A DNA stretch of 64,000 nucleotides from Chrysomallon squamiferum (GCA_012295275.1 CM022672.1:744001-808000), one strand, 5' to 3'. Positions 41,443 to 56,100 are shown, counted from the stretch's first letter. Program-made: numbers and translations. The notes: a model not told the origin generated them from the letters alone.

Positions 41443-42642
41443 GTATACTTAAGGTCACTCATTGTACGGAATTCTGAGAAGGTCAGCACTTGCACGGAAG
41501 ACTGCGCACATTGAATAAAGTGGACGACAACGTTTAATCAGTATTACTCATCACAATCACCTTTCATTGAAGAATATGCAGCGTCATTGTGGCAGTGTAC
41601 GATCAGTAATTATTTATATCTCCCATGACAACGCTAAACATCTTAGAACTAGCTGAAATCATCTTCGTCATCATTATATTCATCATCATCATAGAACTAC
41701 GGTTACTGCTTTTCTTTCGTTTAATGTCTACCACTGTTATCGTTAACATATATAATTAATAGAAACAGCAGTAATTAATAGTAGTAGTAGTCATGACAGC
41801 AGTAGAAAAGTGAAAGAAGACTAGTGCTAGTAATACCACACACACATTTAAACCATAATTTTATAATAAAACAAAAGTGATTTTTCGGTGACTCATAATG
41901 ACGTTTTTTTCACTTCAGATATCCCGGCAAAGGATTAATCTTATTACGTGACCCGAAAATTTGATTCACTGACAAACAGTTTTTATATTATCTTCAATGA
42001 GTTCAAACACGTTCTTTTTTAATTCAAACTCTGTGGCACGTGTTGCCCTGCAAGTTTAAATGCAAAAGTGTAGTGTTACAGGCTCTAGCATTATTTGATC
42101 TACTTAACTGTGAAAATGAATTAAAAACCAGCAACTACACTACACGCAGGCTGATTTCAAACATTTAACTTTATAAAGAATTTCTTGTCCCCCGTTTTTC
42201 AGTTCAGTGCTTTTCTGTATCAAACAGCTTTCTTTTTTTAATGTGTCAGTCGTGCTTTTCAAAAACGTGCCTCCGTCATCTTAAGTTATGTGACGTCTAA
42301 ACAATCTGTTTGACTATTATTGGTGTTAGTGTTTGGGGTTATTTACACAGAAGATGGAATGCACAGTTTCATACGTTCATTCACAGATCTGGATACTCTT
42401 CTGTCTGTCAGCTGGAAGGTGTAACAAACGAATGACTGCGACTAATTGTGTTGGATTTTGATAATTTACTGCGGGTCTTGTGACTGTGAATGGGTGACTA
42501 TTGCGTAAGAAAAAGACGTGGGTTTTTATCAGTTCATCGTGACTCAGACATTTGGAAACAGCACGTTCACCCTCTTCCACTGAATGATAAAACTCCAGTT
42601 AAAGTCTTGTCATATATCTCTCTGTTGTTGTTGTTATCAGTG

Positions 42643-42693
<51 letters not shown>

Positions 42694-43036
42694 CTAATTG
42701 TTGTTGTTTTTGTTGCATTTAAACGATAATTCCTTGTTAAAAGTTAAGCACTTTATCATTAAATAACTTTCCTTATTACATTTAAAAACAAAATTAAAAT
42801 TAAAAGGAAAGAAAGAGAGAGAGAAAAAAACCAGATCCTTAAATTATTAATTCATATGAAAAAAAATGAAAAAAAGAGATAGATATATTATAGAATAAAA
42901 ACAGCTGTGAACTGTAACATAGCAGCAGCTATCACTGATAACGTGTACGACTCTTCCACGTCAGAATTTAAATAACTAGGCGTAGATAACATAATTTTCC
43001 ACGACTGTAAAACGTTAACAAAACCATCATGTATTA

Positions 43037-43074
<38 letters not shown>

Positions 43075-43179
43075 TCGTCCACAAACACATACAAAACACA
43101 TAGAGATACATACATTATATACAAAATATACATAACTGTGAAGTATAAATATTCATTATAGTATCATTTGTCATTCTGC

Positions 43180-43358
43180 ATCCACCTCGCTACACGTCGC
43201 AGCCAGAACAACGCAAGAAAGAAGCAAACACGCATGGCTCAGTGACAACAGCATACACAACCACTGCGACAGTGCTGGAACATTCGACACAGGAGACGAC
43301 ACATCGAAGTCACGTGAAGGCCAATAATACAGCGACTAAGTCCCTCCCACTGTGGCAG
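43180..43358 (+). other. candidate non-coding first exon of the desaturase gene
   Basis: CpG-rich patch ending in the consensus donor CAG|GTAAGA (43359). A second CAG|GTAAGA lies at 43636. The coding exon has an acceptor at 48187-48188 and so needs an upstream exon. Confidence 0.4.
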
Positions 43359-43802
43359 GTAAGATGTTTGTTGTTTGGGTTTTTTTTTTTTCTTTTCTTT
43401 TTTTTTTTCTTTTTTATCCTAAAACGAGCTCGCATTGATTCTGGTTGCCGGTCAGTGTAAACAAAACTATCACGCGCTTCTGACCGCTGTACTTAGTTTT
43501 AGCGTGCTTAACGCATTCAGGAATTTATATATATATATATATATATAAGAAAAAACATTTAATGTTGATACGTACAAGGTAAAAACAAATTCAGACAGGT
43601 GTGTTTCACAGCATCTCTCTCTGTCGTCACAACAGGTAAGACCATTTACGTAAGTTTTGATGCATCTGTGTTCTTATAGACGCGTACTGTTTTGAAAAAC
43701 ACAGAATACGAAATCATAAATAAAACAATGGGATTAAGATAATGAAAACCAAATTAATGATGTAACGTTATTATATTACTGCAAGCTTTGATATCTAGAA
43801 AT

Positions 43803-43858
<56 letters not shown>

Positions 43859-44019
43859 ATACAATTTCAGTACATTATGCGAGAATTAATGAAATATGAA
43901 TATATATATACTAATCATTTAACTCAAGTTTACTGTTCATATGTCAAATAAAAAATAAAAACTCAGGTTTTCATCACTAATTTACGATAAATAATGTAGA
44001 TATTATACAAGTATGTATG

Positions 44020-44058
<39 letters not shown>

Positions 44059-44959
44059 TGCATGTATGTATGTATGTATGTATGTATGTATGTTTATGTA
44101 TGTTTATTTATTTATCAGTATATTTGCGGGTGTATGTTTCTGTGTGTGTGTGTGTGTGTGTGTGTTAAGTACGTGGTCAGTTTACTCGGTACAGGAAACA
44201 TTAAGCATTGTTCAACTAGGACATTGTTTTTCCGTGTTTCTAGGTTACCATTGTTCACTCTTTTATATGCAGGGAAATTGTCCGCTGCAAGTCCGACACT
44301 ATCTCTGTTTTTCTGTTACAAAATAGTTATTAGTTTTATTTTAGTTTATTTTTTCTTATTTTATTTTATATAATTTGTCTTTAGTATATTTTTTAAAATA
44401 CATTTATTAATTTTGTTCTGTTGTTGTTCTTCTTTTTGCTGACAATGTTATTACAATTATTTTTGCAATAAGAGTAAATAATAATTATTAATACACTCAT
44501 ACACCACGCGCACACACGCACACGCACACTTATTTTCAGTATAACATCTGACTCAGGTGTCACTTGTCATTTTGATACTGTATCTATCTCATTTACATTT
44601 CATACAAACACACACTGCTGATATACAGTAAAAGATAAACATGCTATATACTATCCATAGTAACATAACAATATGATATACAATACGTAGTCTATTATAA
44701 GTACTATTTTAAAATTTAACACACGTAATTATATTATTCTTTATGGAAAACAGCATACATGACATTGTATTACTATTATTACACACGCACACACACACAC
44801 ATACATTTTATATATATATATACATATTCATGTTCTTACTCACATTTTCCCTCTATTTACATAAATATGTCTGTACAGATAAACATTTATTGTGTTATTT
44901 ACATGTGATGAAATTTAATGCAAATAATTATTCGATTTGTGGGCTAATTTACATCCGGG

Positions 44960-45118
44960 ACAGTTTAGAAATAATATTTACTGAGATCGACTGTATGAAC
45001 CGGTTTCTACCGGGGAAGAGGGTGTGGCAGGGAATTACAACAGAAAATCATTCTGTCGAGGACAGATAATGCAACCTATCACGTTCTGGGCGACCTTTCT
45101 AACCACTAGACTACATCA
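44960..45118 (-). mobile_element. tRNA-derived SINE-like remnant
   Basis: Minus-strand head GATGTAGTCTAGTGGTTAGAAAGGTCGCCC contains an A-box-like TAGTCTAGTGG. The body is GC-richer than its flanks. Confidence 0.35.
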
Positions 45119-46602
45119 CGTTTACGTACGAACTTTAAAGAACTGTTAAACTTTCCCACGCTGTCTCTGAATGAAATAGTAAGAAATTAATAAACGAAAA
45201 TCAAAGTGATTTCGTAAATAATTCACTACGCTGCATGTTTTCAGTCTCCTCAGAACAAATACATAATTACATTCTGTCGTGTAGCTACTCAGTTATATGT
45301 ATAGTGACGTCGTCTACTGTTTATTACTTATTCGAATTAATTTACGTAGCCTGTTAGTGGAAAGCACTTAGAATTATGTTTCAAACAGAACAGCAATGTT
45401 AATGTATGAGATAATTATAAAATAACGGCGTGCACAGCTTACAAACACTGTGTTTATTTAAACTGTTCGCGTTCCACTGAGCAGGCCTTATTTCGACCAG
45501 CCACAAACAGCATTCATAAATGTTCAGTGCTTTGACGGAAAAATTCCGGCCAACCCATCAATAAAACACTGTTTAATATTCGCCGTTACCCTTCACTCCC
45601 ATTCGGTTCCCACATGCTTTGGACCCAGTCGGGCCAGTCACGTGGAATCCTTGCAAAAAAAAAAAAAAAAGTGAATTATAGTGATTTATTGCTCACGTAC
45701 ATTGATTTGTGCAGTTATATTCTTCTGTTACAGTTGTATCCCGTATACAGGTCCCTGCACACGAGCTTTTGCTTGTTGTTTAGAAAAGAGGCGATGAGAT
45801 ATTTTCTTTTCAGTTTCAATGGGGCGTTTATTATTTGGGACACGCAGACACATTAGATTTTTGTTCGCGCAGACATTATAACATTTGACATAAAGCTGAA
45901 ATTATTGTTTGGGGTGGAATAATTGGGGACGTGAGAATATAAGAGTTGTTTTTGTTTTGTTTTTTGTCCTTGTATTGTTGTTTTTCTGTTAGGCCGCAGT
46001 GTGTAAAACTGGACATGGTCGAGAGGGTTTTTCAAGTGCTGAGATTAAACTGAAGTAAACAGTCTGACGTGTTTACTTTCATTCCACTGTTTCAATTTCT
46101 GTGACTTTTATTACAGCTTTTATTATAGTTAAGGTGAACGTATGTGTGTCTGTTTATGAATGTGCGTGTGTACATATATATATACACACACATATCTAAA
46201 ACACGTACGTATGTATGTGCGTATGTGTGGGCGTGGTAGGTGTGTCACCTGATATACATGTTCTTACTGTATCTGTATTTGCATGTGATTGCAATGTATA
46301 TTACAATTAAAACACGATTAACAAATTATTTAATGATATAAATACTGAAATCACAGTTTCAGCTCACGGGAGATACTGCATATTAAAATATTTCAAAATT
46401 AATTTCTCGGCAGCCCGTTTCAATTGAATTGTCTGTAAAATTTCTGTTAAAAAATATTAATCATTTCAGAAAAAATAAAATAAAATAAAATAAAGCGTCT
46501 AAATTGATTTTTCCTGCTGTATATGAGTCGAGTTTGCTGAACAGGAAATATCATTTATCTTTTTCAACGTCACAAACTGCAGTATTGTTCCTAAATTAAT
46601 CT

Positions 46603-46637
<35 letters not shown>

Positions 46638-47427
46638 ACAGAGTGAATACAGCTACCTGAATTATCAGTAACGATAGTAATAAATATTAAATATTAAATA
46701 TTAATATATTAATTAATTAACTTTCATTCCCCTTGAAAAACTATTTACATATAGGTAGATAAAACGTACACACACAGACAAACAAACAAATAAATAAATG
46801 TATTTAATCTGTGTATTACTGAAATAGCATTAATGCGATTTCTCGCTATATTGGAAAAAAGAAAGACACGGAATTAAAAAAGAAAAGGAGAAAAAGAAAA
46901 TGAAAACAGGAATAAGAAATAATAAGAATAGAAATAAAAAAGCAGGTAAAATAGTTTACTAAGTAGTAACAGTCTAAGATGAAAGTTTAAGATGAACGTC
47001 ATAACAGTTAATTGAATCGACGACGATATTGCTAAAGCGATGGTAATTTGGTTTGGACCATTATAAACTTTGATCGTTGGGCAGAACGGACAAAAAGACG
47101 TTGAAATAATTTGATTAGATCGATATAAAATAAAATGTTCTAAAACGAGCTTGACAATAGAATGATTATCAGCAAAGTCTTATTCGCACTGACAAAACCA
47201 GCTGCAGTTGCGGGTGGCTAACATTTATTTACTCTGTTGTCTTGGCAACAGCGGACACGATTTCAACTGTCAGAGTTTGATATGTTGTTTTTGTATAAAC
47301 AATCGAATCGACTGCAGGTCTGAGGTGTGTTGCAATGAATTAGTCATGTTGCAGTAGCTATGTTAATTTTAGTTAGTGTTTGATACCTTCAATCGACCTT
47401 ATTTATAAATGATTTATTGTTGTATAC

Positions 47428-47519
<92 letters not shown>

Positions 47520-48216
47520 CTGTTGATTTTTTCTTTCTATCAGTTTGACAACTTAGGTCTAAACCACAAAGCCAGTAAGTACGTGACTTCACAGTAAGCT
47601 AGACCTAAAAGCCGGTACATCCAGTTATTATGTTTTTTTCTAAATGTTGTAACTAAATATTTGCGCCGTTTTTCTTCAGATCATTTTAGTTTTTATACAG
47701 GATACACACAGGATACCTGTGGTGATTTAATCAAGAGCTGACATAGTTTTGTAAATTAAAAACAATTGCTCTGTTGGGTGTATATGTGTGTAATCTGAAA
47801 AAGAATTTATATGTTACTATTCTTTATAAATGATTGACATGTTTGTTAATCTACGCAGTTACTGTTGGTAACAACGTCCACTTAAACTGTAGCAAGCCTT
47901 TTTTGTAGCTGTCATTTTTCCATTCTTTCGTGAGGTCACTTCATATTTGGAAAAAATTAATAAAAAGAATGTAAAAAGTGTTTTCTTTATTTGTTTTACT
48001 TACTGGAAAACACACAAAATCAGGCTGTCGTTTCTGTGAGTATGGGAAATTATTTTATTAGTACAAAAACACTGCGAAAAACAAAAAGTTGCATCGTTTT
48101 TCATAGAGATAATATGTTTCATTTGAGGATATTTGAGTTGCACTGTTATTTGTATAATATTTGCTTTAATGTTGTATTTCTGTTTCAGAACTCAGGGCTA
48201 AACGCTGCAGCTGACG

Positions 48217-49245
48217 ATGACGACGACGACGACGCGGTTCAAGTGGTTTAACCGATGTGTGAGTTTAGACTTCAGGACGGTGACTCCCGACGAGGACTGG
48301 GCGTGGACGGAGGAGCCTCACACTGAACGTCGTCAGGCGATTCTGAAAAAATATCCAGAGATTAAAAAGCTGATGGGTCCTGATCCGTTCATAATGTACG
48401 TAGTGATCGCTGAGGTCCTCGTAGAGTTCAGTTTGGCGTGGATGGTCCGTGACGCAAGCTGGACGACTATTTTAATTCTGGCTTACTGTGTAGGGGCTGT
48501 TCTTAATCATTCCTTGGGCAGCGCCATTCACGAAATCGGACACAATCTGGCCTTCGGACACCACCATCCTATCGCGAATCGGCTTCTCAGCATCTGGTGT
48601 AACTTGCCGCTTGGTATTCCTTTCGCCATTTCTTACAGGATCTTTCATGCCGCCCACCACAAGTACCTCGGTGAAGAGAACGCTGACGTGGACATTCCCA
48701 CGCGACTGGAATCTCACCTGTTCCGAAACCCTTTCACTAAAATCCTCTGGCTCTTTTTTCATCCGATCATTCACGGAATTCGCCCGTTCTACAAGAGTCC
48801 CAGACCTGTCACTGGCTGGGAGCTCTTCAACGTCGCAGTCGTCCTCGCCGTTAACGTTTCGTTAGTGAAATTCCTCGCGTTCAAGTCGTTTGCCTATCTG
48901 TTTGTCTCCACGTACTTCGGTCTGGGCATCCACCCACTAGCGGCTCACTTTATTTCAGAACACTACCTGTTTAACGGCGGACAAGCCACACACTCGTATT
49001 ACGGACCTCTGAACACGCTTCTGTTTAACGTTGGCTACCACATTGAACACCACGATTTCCCCTACATCGCTTACTCCAAACTACCGCGTGTGAGGGAGAT
49101 AGCTGCAGAATTCTACCAACAACCCTTCCACACTTCCTGGCTCAAAGTCCTCTGGGATTTCATTTTCGACGAAAATCTTGGACCTCACGCTCGAGGTGTG
49201 GGCTACCTTAAAGACGAAGTCGATGAAAAATTGAAGTCTTCATAA
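48217..49245 (+). CDS. DEGS1: sphingolipid delta(4)-desaturase (DES1/DEGS family), 342 aa, CDS in one exon
   Basis: N-terminal lipid-desaturase motif (W.WTEEPH..RRQAILKKYPEIKKLMGPDP), three His boxes HEIGH, HAAHH and HIEHH, plus DVDIPT, HPLAAHFISEHY and SYYGPLN. There is an in-frame TAA upstream (48199-48201) and an acceptor tttcag ending at 48188. Confidence 0.96.
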   Translation: MTTTTTRFKWFNRCVSLDFRTVTPDEDWAWTEEPHTERRQAILKKYPEIKKLMGPDPFIMYVVIAEVLVEFSLAWMVRDASWTTILILAYCVGAVLNHSLGSAIHEIGHNLAFGHHHPIANRLLSIWCNLPLGIPFAISYRIFHAAHHKYLGEENADVDIPTRLESHLFRNPFTKILWLFFHPIIHGIRPFYKSPRPVTGWELFNVAVVLAVNVSLVKFLAFKSFAYLFVSTYFGLGIHPLAAHFISEHYLFNGGQATHSYYGPLNTLLFNVGYHIEHHDFPYIAYSKLPRVREIAAEFYQQPFHTSWLKVLWDFIFDENLGPHARGVGYLKDEVDEKLKSS

Positions 49246-50104
49246 ATGTTTGTTAGATAAATCTTCAGTCATGTTATTATTTATTAAAGTACATTTGCGT
49301 GGTGCTAACTAATGTAATATATATAATCTGTGATTATTTCACTTGTTCCAAAAGTTCGGAGAGAAGCAAGAATATTTCTTTTGAGCGTTATCGTCACGTA
49401 CATTTAAAAGAACAAAATTCTGCCGGCCAAAACTGTTCGACATAAACACATTTTTATTAAATGAAAGAAAAAAATATACTGTAAATTCTGTAAGGAGTTT
49501 AATGTTTACAGAAAGGTCTGACGTGTGTTAGCAGACGTGTTGAAAACACAGAGGAAACTGACAGGAAATCTGCTTAACGTTGGTTACCACATTGAACAAC
49601 ACCACGATCAGCTTCTCTACACCATTGTGACTTTTTTATAATTTATTTAAAAAGCAAACTAAGATGACTAAACAAGAAAGAGAAACTGCAGTCGCATGAC
49701 ATTCGAGAATTTTACTATTATACTTAATAATTAGCTAAGGTTGATTGTGTGAAACAAATTCATCATATCAGTGTGTAAATTTAGGCTGTTTGTTTATAAT
49801 ACCACGGTGAACTTTAATGAGTTTTTAATGAGTTTTTAATGAGTGTGGTTTATTGCATCACAACGTATACGTTATTGCATAATATCGTACGCCTTGCGTC
49901 ATCCGATAACTGTTAGTATGAAATGATTATTATTTAATAAGTAATCTTTGTCGCAAATGTTTAATATGTATGACAGTTATTTACATATAAAATATAACTT
50001 TTATTCAGATCATTTACTATTTTAACAACGTGAACAAAATGGAAATCTATTTCAAAATGATATGAAAAAATTATTACAACTATAACACTGCTATATCCGA
50101 TAGG

Positions 50105-50157
<53 letters not shown>

Positions 50158-50693
50158 ATGACACATTATCTGCTTTGTCCTAGCCTATGTATCCTTTGAG
50201 CATTGTAAACTGAAGTTATGTATCTTCAGATATAGTCTGACAGCTCTCTCTTTTGTCCCAACTATTTCCATATCATAAATACAAAATATTACTTTTATAC
50301 TTGACTGTTTTTATTGTTTGTTTTGTACCATTAATTACAATTAAGAGTAGATGTTAATTGTTTATAAAATATTCAGTTATGAATTTTTGAAAATAAAACT
50401 CTCTATCTCTGTCTTTGCGAGGAGCTGCGAGGGATGCGTACCCCCCCATAGTCTATCAAGAGCCGCCATTGGAGGAGCAAAAAAAAAAAAAAAAAAAAAA
50501 AAATAACAGAAAGAAAGAAAAAATAGTTCGACGATGTGCTTTAACATAAAGCAATGCCGTTATTTTTCCGCAGACCTGATAGCCATTGACTTCGTTATCT
50601 CCCTTGCCAGCTATTTCCCAGTGGACAGGAAAATGCATCTCTTACATTCTCCTCAAATACACACATCCCCAAAGAAACTTCTAGGAGTCTGTT

Positions 50694-50737
<44 letters not shown>

Positions 50738-50741
<4 letters not shown>

Positions 50742-50858
50742 GGAAACTCGGGTTACGAACTTATTTCTTTCCAGAACTCGGCTCGTAAACCGAAGCGATG
50801 TCAGACACACGAACGCCACTCTCATGTTTTGCAATTATTTCTCACTTAACCTCCACTG
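50738..50858. mobile_element. possible Tc1/mariner-pogo (Tigger-like) terminal fragment
   Basis: Begins CAGTGGAAACTCGGGTTACGAAC, resembling Tigger-type TIRs. Only a 6-bp inverted end (ccactg) is present and no clean TA TSD. Confidence 0.3.
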
Positions 50859-51297
50859 TGATATGTTTGTACTTTCTACCAGCATTATCGCTTTCAATTT
50901 TTGTTTTCTTGGATAGGGTATAACAAAATTTATAGACATAAAAGCAAGAACAATTTTAAAAATGCCAGCGCACAGTCTCATTACAAAAACTATTGAGCTA
51001 TTGAGTATATCGAACACTAAAGGCCCTAAATGATGATATATATTTGCTATATTTTGACGTAAGCATCAATTCTTATCTTTACTAAATGTTGACGTCAATT
51101 AAACTACAATTAAAACACGATTAACTACTAATTAATCTCGTGACCACGGTTTGACGAATATTTTCAGTTACTGATTTGTCAACAGCCAATTTTACTAGAA
51201 TTGCCTAAGTTAAAAACGTATTAATCATTTGTGAATAAAACATCTGTTCTAAGTGATTTCCCTTGCTGAATTTACTGAACCGGAAACACAAGTTATT

Positions 51298-51337
<40 letters not shown>

Positions 51338-53111
51338 AGTGTCACAAAGAGCCTTTAGATTCAAGCTTAATCGCATACTGACGGATTTTATTAGTTTAAT
51401 TTGTGGCTACTGCTGCTTACCTGGCTATTTATATAAACCACGTGATCGAAGGGAGAACACACACGTACGAACCTTTACGTGATGTACATCACACAGTGTC
51501 GAGTTACTGACTTATTTAACTCTACTCCCTTTATTAGGTGCTGGGGTAAATTGTTGGTTTTCGAGGTATCATTATTATTATTATTATTATCATCATCATC
51601 ATCATCATCATCCTTGTTGTTGTTGTTGTAGTTGTTTGAATTTGTTTTCAGTCTGTGATAACATAAAATACTCTTTGATGGCAATCAGTATCAATAAGTC
51701 ATTCTGTGTTTACACGGCTTAGTGTTATCAGTAGATTTGTTATCTGTACTACCGAATGCAGTAATGATAGACTCTGGTGATATTTTTCTCTTATCATTAT
51801 TCAAACTAAATAAACAAATAAAGGTGCGGATATTAAAATAAGTTTAATTTCGTTGAACTGCTCATAGTTTACCAGATGAATGTACTTTGAGTGTGAATGT
51901 GTTTGTATCAACAATATATATATATATATATATATATGAAAATTCATATATTGATCAACATCTGTTGTAAAACGTATATAACATGACAGATTGTGAATGT
52001 GGATGTGTATGCGTGCGTGCAATATATAAATAATCTACTGAACACTATCTGAATATCATTTAACAGACTTTGAAATAATTCGATTAAATTAACGTGATAA
52101 TTATTATGCTATTGATTGACTGAAAACCTTGCGCTAGTTTTTAAAGAGAATATTCAGAACATTTTGTAACTATACGACAGTTTTTCTTAGAGCGAAATAA
52201 TATTTGAGAAAAATCACAACAAGGATGGGGCTGCTGCGATTTGACTGGGCCTGCTGGTTACTTTGGAGCTAAACTAAATGTATGGAAACACCCCGAGTGC
52301 CTTAACGAGGACCCGTGAGAAAATTGGAGTGCTTCAAGATTCGTGCACTGTTGTCATGACTACAAAGGAAGCCATATCAGCAGTGAGAGCGCTGGTGTTT
52401 GTGTAAACAATCAAATCGATTGCAGGTCTGTGATGAACTGCAGTGAATTAATTAGTCAGGTTCCAAGAGCAGCCTACACAATGTTAATTTTCTTTAGAGT
52501 TTTTCATTTATACTCGTACTACACTACACCACAAAGTGAACTCAGGTTTTGTCTCTCTGTGTTTGTGTTTCATTAAAATGTACAAGTGTTTAAGAAATAG
52601 ATTTACTAAAATGTGTTCTATGCCTACAAGTGGTTGTTTTGTAGAGCACATACACACACATACACACACAGAGACACACACACACATACACACACACACA
52701 CAAAGAAAAAAAGGTACCTGCATTACTTTCATTTTATTTCAATAAGAAGTCAGAACAAATATACTAATATTGTATTTTCCAGTACCATAAATAAAGAAAG
52801 ACAGAATGAAAGAAAGATATAAAGACAGAAAGTTGCCATGCTCCTCAAGATTTTAATGTTTTTTACTATCAAAGACTGATCACAGTTAAACACTATCACG
52901 TGTAAGTTGTTTCACTTACGCGAAAGATTCTGTTTACTAAAATCTAACTTATTAACTAGCCGTGCATAACCCTGAATCATTCTGCAATGTTTTAAGTTCA
53001 GGGCAAAGTAGCTTTTCAGTATTTACAACCGTTCATATACAGGTTATCTGCTCCGAGTTTAAAACTCTCCGAAATGGTATTTTGAGAGGCTATTAAATAT
53101 ATGTCAAGAGA

Positions 53112-53142
<31 letters not shown>

Positions 53143-56100
53143 CTCATTAAAAGAAGAACGTCTGATCTATTTGAAATGTTTAATTCATTCACTGAAAGGT
53201 TAAAAAAGAAAAAGGAAGAAGAAGAAAAAAGAATCCCAGACCGATTATGTTACGTTTTGAGAAGTTTTTTACAGGTGTTTTGTAGGTGTGGGCGGGGTGT
53301 GATAGCAGACTCGTGTTTAGCGGTGTGAAACACAAGTAGTAGCTGACGGGTTTTATTACGGTTATTGCCGTGCTCTTCTTCTCTGTATACGTGACCCGGG
53401 CCATGTACCAGTAAAAATCGTTCACAGAACAGACGTGTTAACTGTTTCATCATGTTAATAGAATTTTTAACTCTTTTTTTTTTTTTATTTTTTTTTTTAT
53501 TTAGTTTGGGTGTTTTTATCTCAGAGAGAGTATAATTATATGCGTTTATTGTCAATCATGTTTGGGTTTTTCTATGTGGTTTTTTTTTAATTTTTTTTAT
53601 TTGAATAATGTAAAGACATTTTAACAACTAACTGCACTGAACTCATTGATGTGCTCTGTACGTGAACACGTCTGACTGTCCATACATGAATTACGATTCT
53701 TAGTACAATGAAGAGTTCTGGGATATAAATATATACCTAGATTTCTTTTGAGCAAAAATATTTTCGTTTGTATCTCAATGATACTGTTTAGACTGGACAA
53801 TAATGTGGCTGTCACTGTTTATTTCTTTCCTTTATTATTGTTGTGAATGGGTTTGTTTGTGTGTGTTTATTAATTACCGTTTGCTTTTTCCTCCTTCCTT
53901 TTGCGAATCACCTACCACGCCCTCTTTATACTTATAATAAAACCATAGGAACACGTAATTAGAATTAAAATTTGTATATTCTATTTAACGAAATCTTAAA
54001 ATTCAGACGTAACATGCTGTAACAAAAACATAAATGTTATGTAATTATGTATATTAGTATACTATCTATTTTCCGTTATGAAAATAATAAATGTAAATAA
54101 AAATATTTTTTTTTTTTTTTTTTTTGTTTGTTTTTTTAAGTTCCCAATGTGAACTTTGACACTGACCGGTTACGTCCTGTATTAGAGTTGTCTTACATTA
54201 TCGCTCTCGAACGTCTGAAGTACGTTATTTATATCACTTGTCTCTATTTTTTTTCTACTTGTGAATTTAGTTATCTGGTTTATTATCACATCCACACATT
54301 TGAAGTGCTTAATTCCTTCTTTTCTTCTTTTATTGTTCTTGTTTTTCCGCTTTTTTTTATTTTTTTTTTTTTTGGGGGGAGGGGGTTCTTGTGATATTAT
54401 TTCCTATCGATGTCATAGCAATGTTATTAAAAAGTGTTCCTAAATCTAAGTGGTTTGTACTAAATCCAGTTAAAGCTGACTAAAAAGGTTTAAATATCAA
54501 GGAACAAGGAAAAAACAAATAATTTAGATCCTGTGCAAATGAAAGAGGAACGAAATGTCCTAGACGTTACAAAACGGCCTTGAAATAATCACGACGTGTC
54601 AGCCAATTTACCAAAACTTTATATAAATTTATATAACATTTTGATTTTTGATTTGTGTTTTTTTTTTTTTTTTTTTTTTTTTTTCGTTTTTTAATATTCT
54701 TTTCATTAAATAATCATGGAAATTCAAAAAATAAAAATAATAATAATAATAATAAAAAATAATAAATTTTTGCTAATCATCTGTTTTGTTAGTGAACACG
54801 CTGTGTTTACTAACATTTATTAATTTATAAAAAAAAGTATACTGCCAATTAAGAATAGTGTTAGCTTGATAAACATTTTATGAAAACAAGATGTTAAAGT
54901 AAGTGGTGAAAATTATGTATGGGAATAACTTGTAACCTCCAACAAAAATAGCTTGTTCAAAATGGCAATAACTTTTATAAAATTCAATATGTCAAAAGCA
55001 TGTATCATTTTCTTTCTTAGAATAAATTTTGAAAATAATCTTACACTCCACGTTGATGAACAGTTTCTTGTAAGTCAGCTAGAAATGAAAGTTTGCATAT
55101 AGCTGTAACATTGACTATTAAATAAAAAATCTCCAATTCCTGAACATATTTGAATGTCTTTTTTCTTCTATTTTAAATGTAAAATGGTAAAAATAAGATT
55201 GCATCACAAATTGTATAAGAAGTAAAATACTGTTTGTTATGTGAGTTTGTTCTTCAAAGTTCTTTGTTTTATAAACATGCAATGTAAACATACTTGTCAG
55301 ACAAATGCTTGGGATTACAATATGCTTTGAATTACAGAATAATTTTATTTATTTTTTGATTACAAGATGCAGCATGGTATTTTGATCTAAACCCAGTTCA
55401 CAGATTTCATATTGTTAAAGGGATGTAGGTCAAAATAACTGGGATCATAATTTGTTTTCCAAAACATGCTTTATGCACACCTGCTTGTGTTTGTGATCAC
55501 TGAATTGATAATAAATATCATCAAGTAATGAATATTAAAATATGCTTATTTGTTATAATATAAAAAATGAAGAATTATATAATCACTTTCTTAAGAAAAA
55601 CAGAATCAAGCTGAAACCTAAATGACACACAGGATACCACTGTTCAGTTGCTTAAATGTTCACGTTTTGCTGTTCACCAAAAGATACTTGTAATGTTTTT
55701 TTTATTATGTAACTCATTTCCATAAAATATATATATAATATTGTTTTATGTTTTAAAATGAAGGATCTTGTGTAATAAAATTAATTAAGTTATCCAATTT
55801 TGAAATGAATAATTTATGCAACTCATTTCTACAAAATATATGTATTATTTTCCTGCATGTTTTAAATTTAAATAGTCTTCCTGTGTAATAAAACTGAATT
55901 CCATTTATAAAACTTTCTAACTTTCTACTGTATACATTAAAACAAGTCCATGAGATATATAAAAACATAGTTTGCAGGCACGAAAACACACTAAACCTGC
56001 ACATTTATAAAAAAAAAAAAATACAAAATGAAAAATTATTTTTTAAGCTGTTTAATAATTGAAATATAAATAGTTTATGCTTTTTTCTTCTTTTCTGTTC

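Noticed and set aside
48217-49245. Bacterial contamination or horizontal transfer of the GC-rich intronless desaturase
   Set aside because: Motifs are animal DEGS type (HNLAFGH, HPLAAHFISEHY), the exon is preceded by a normal polypyrimidine acceptor, and it is embedded in host-like microsatellite DNA.
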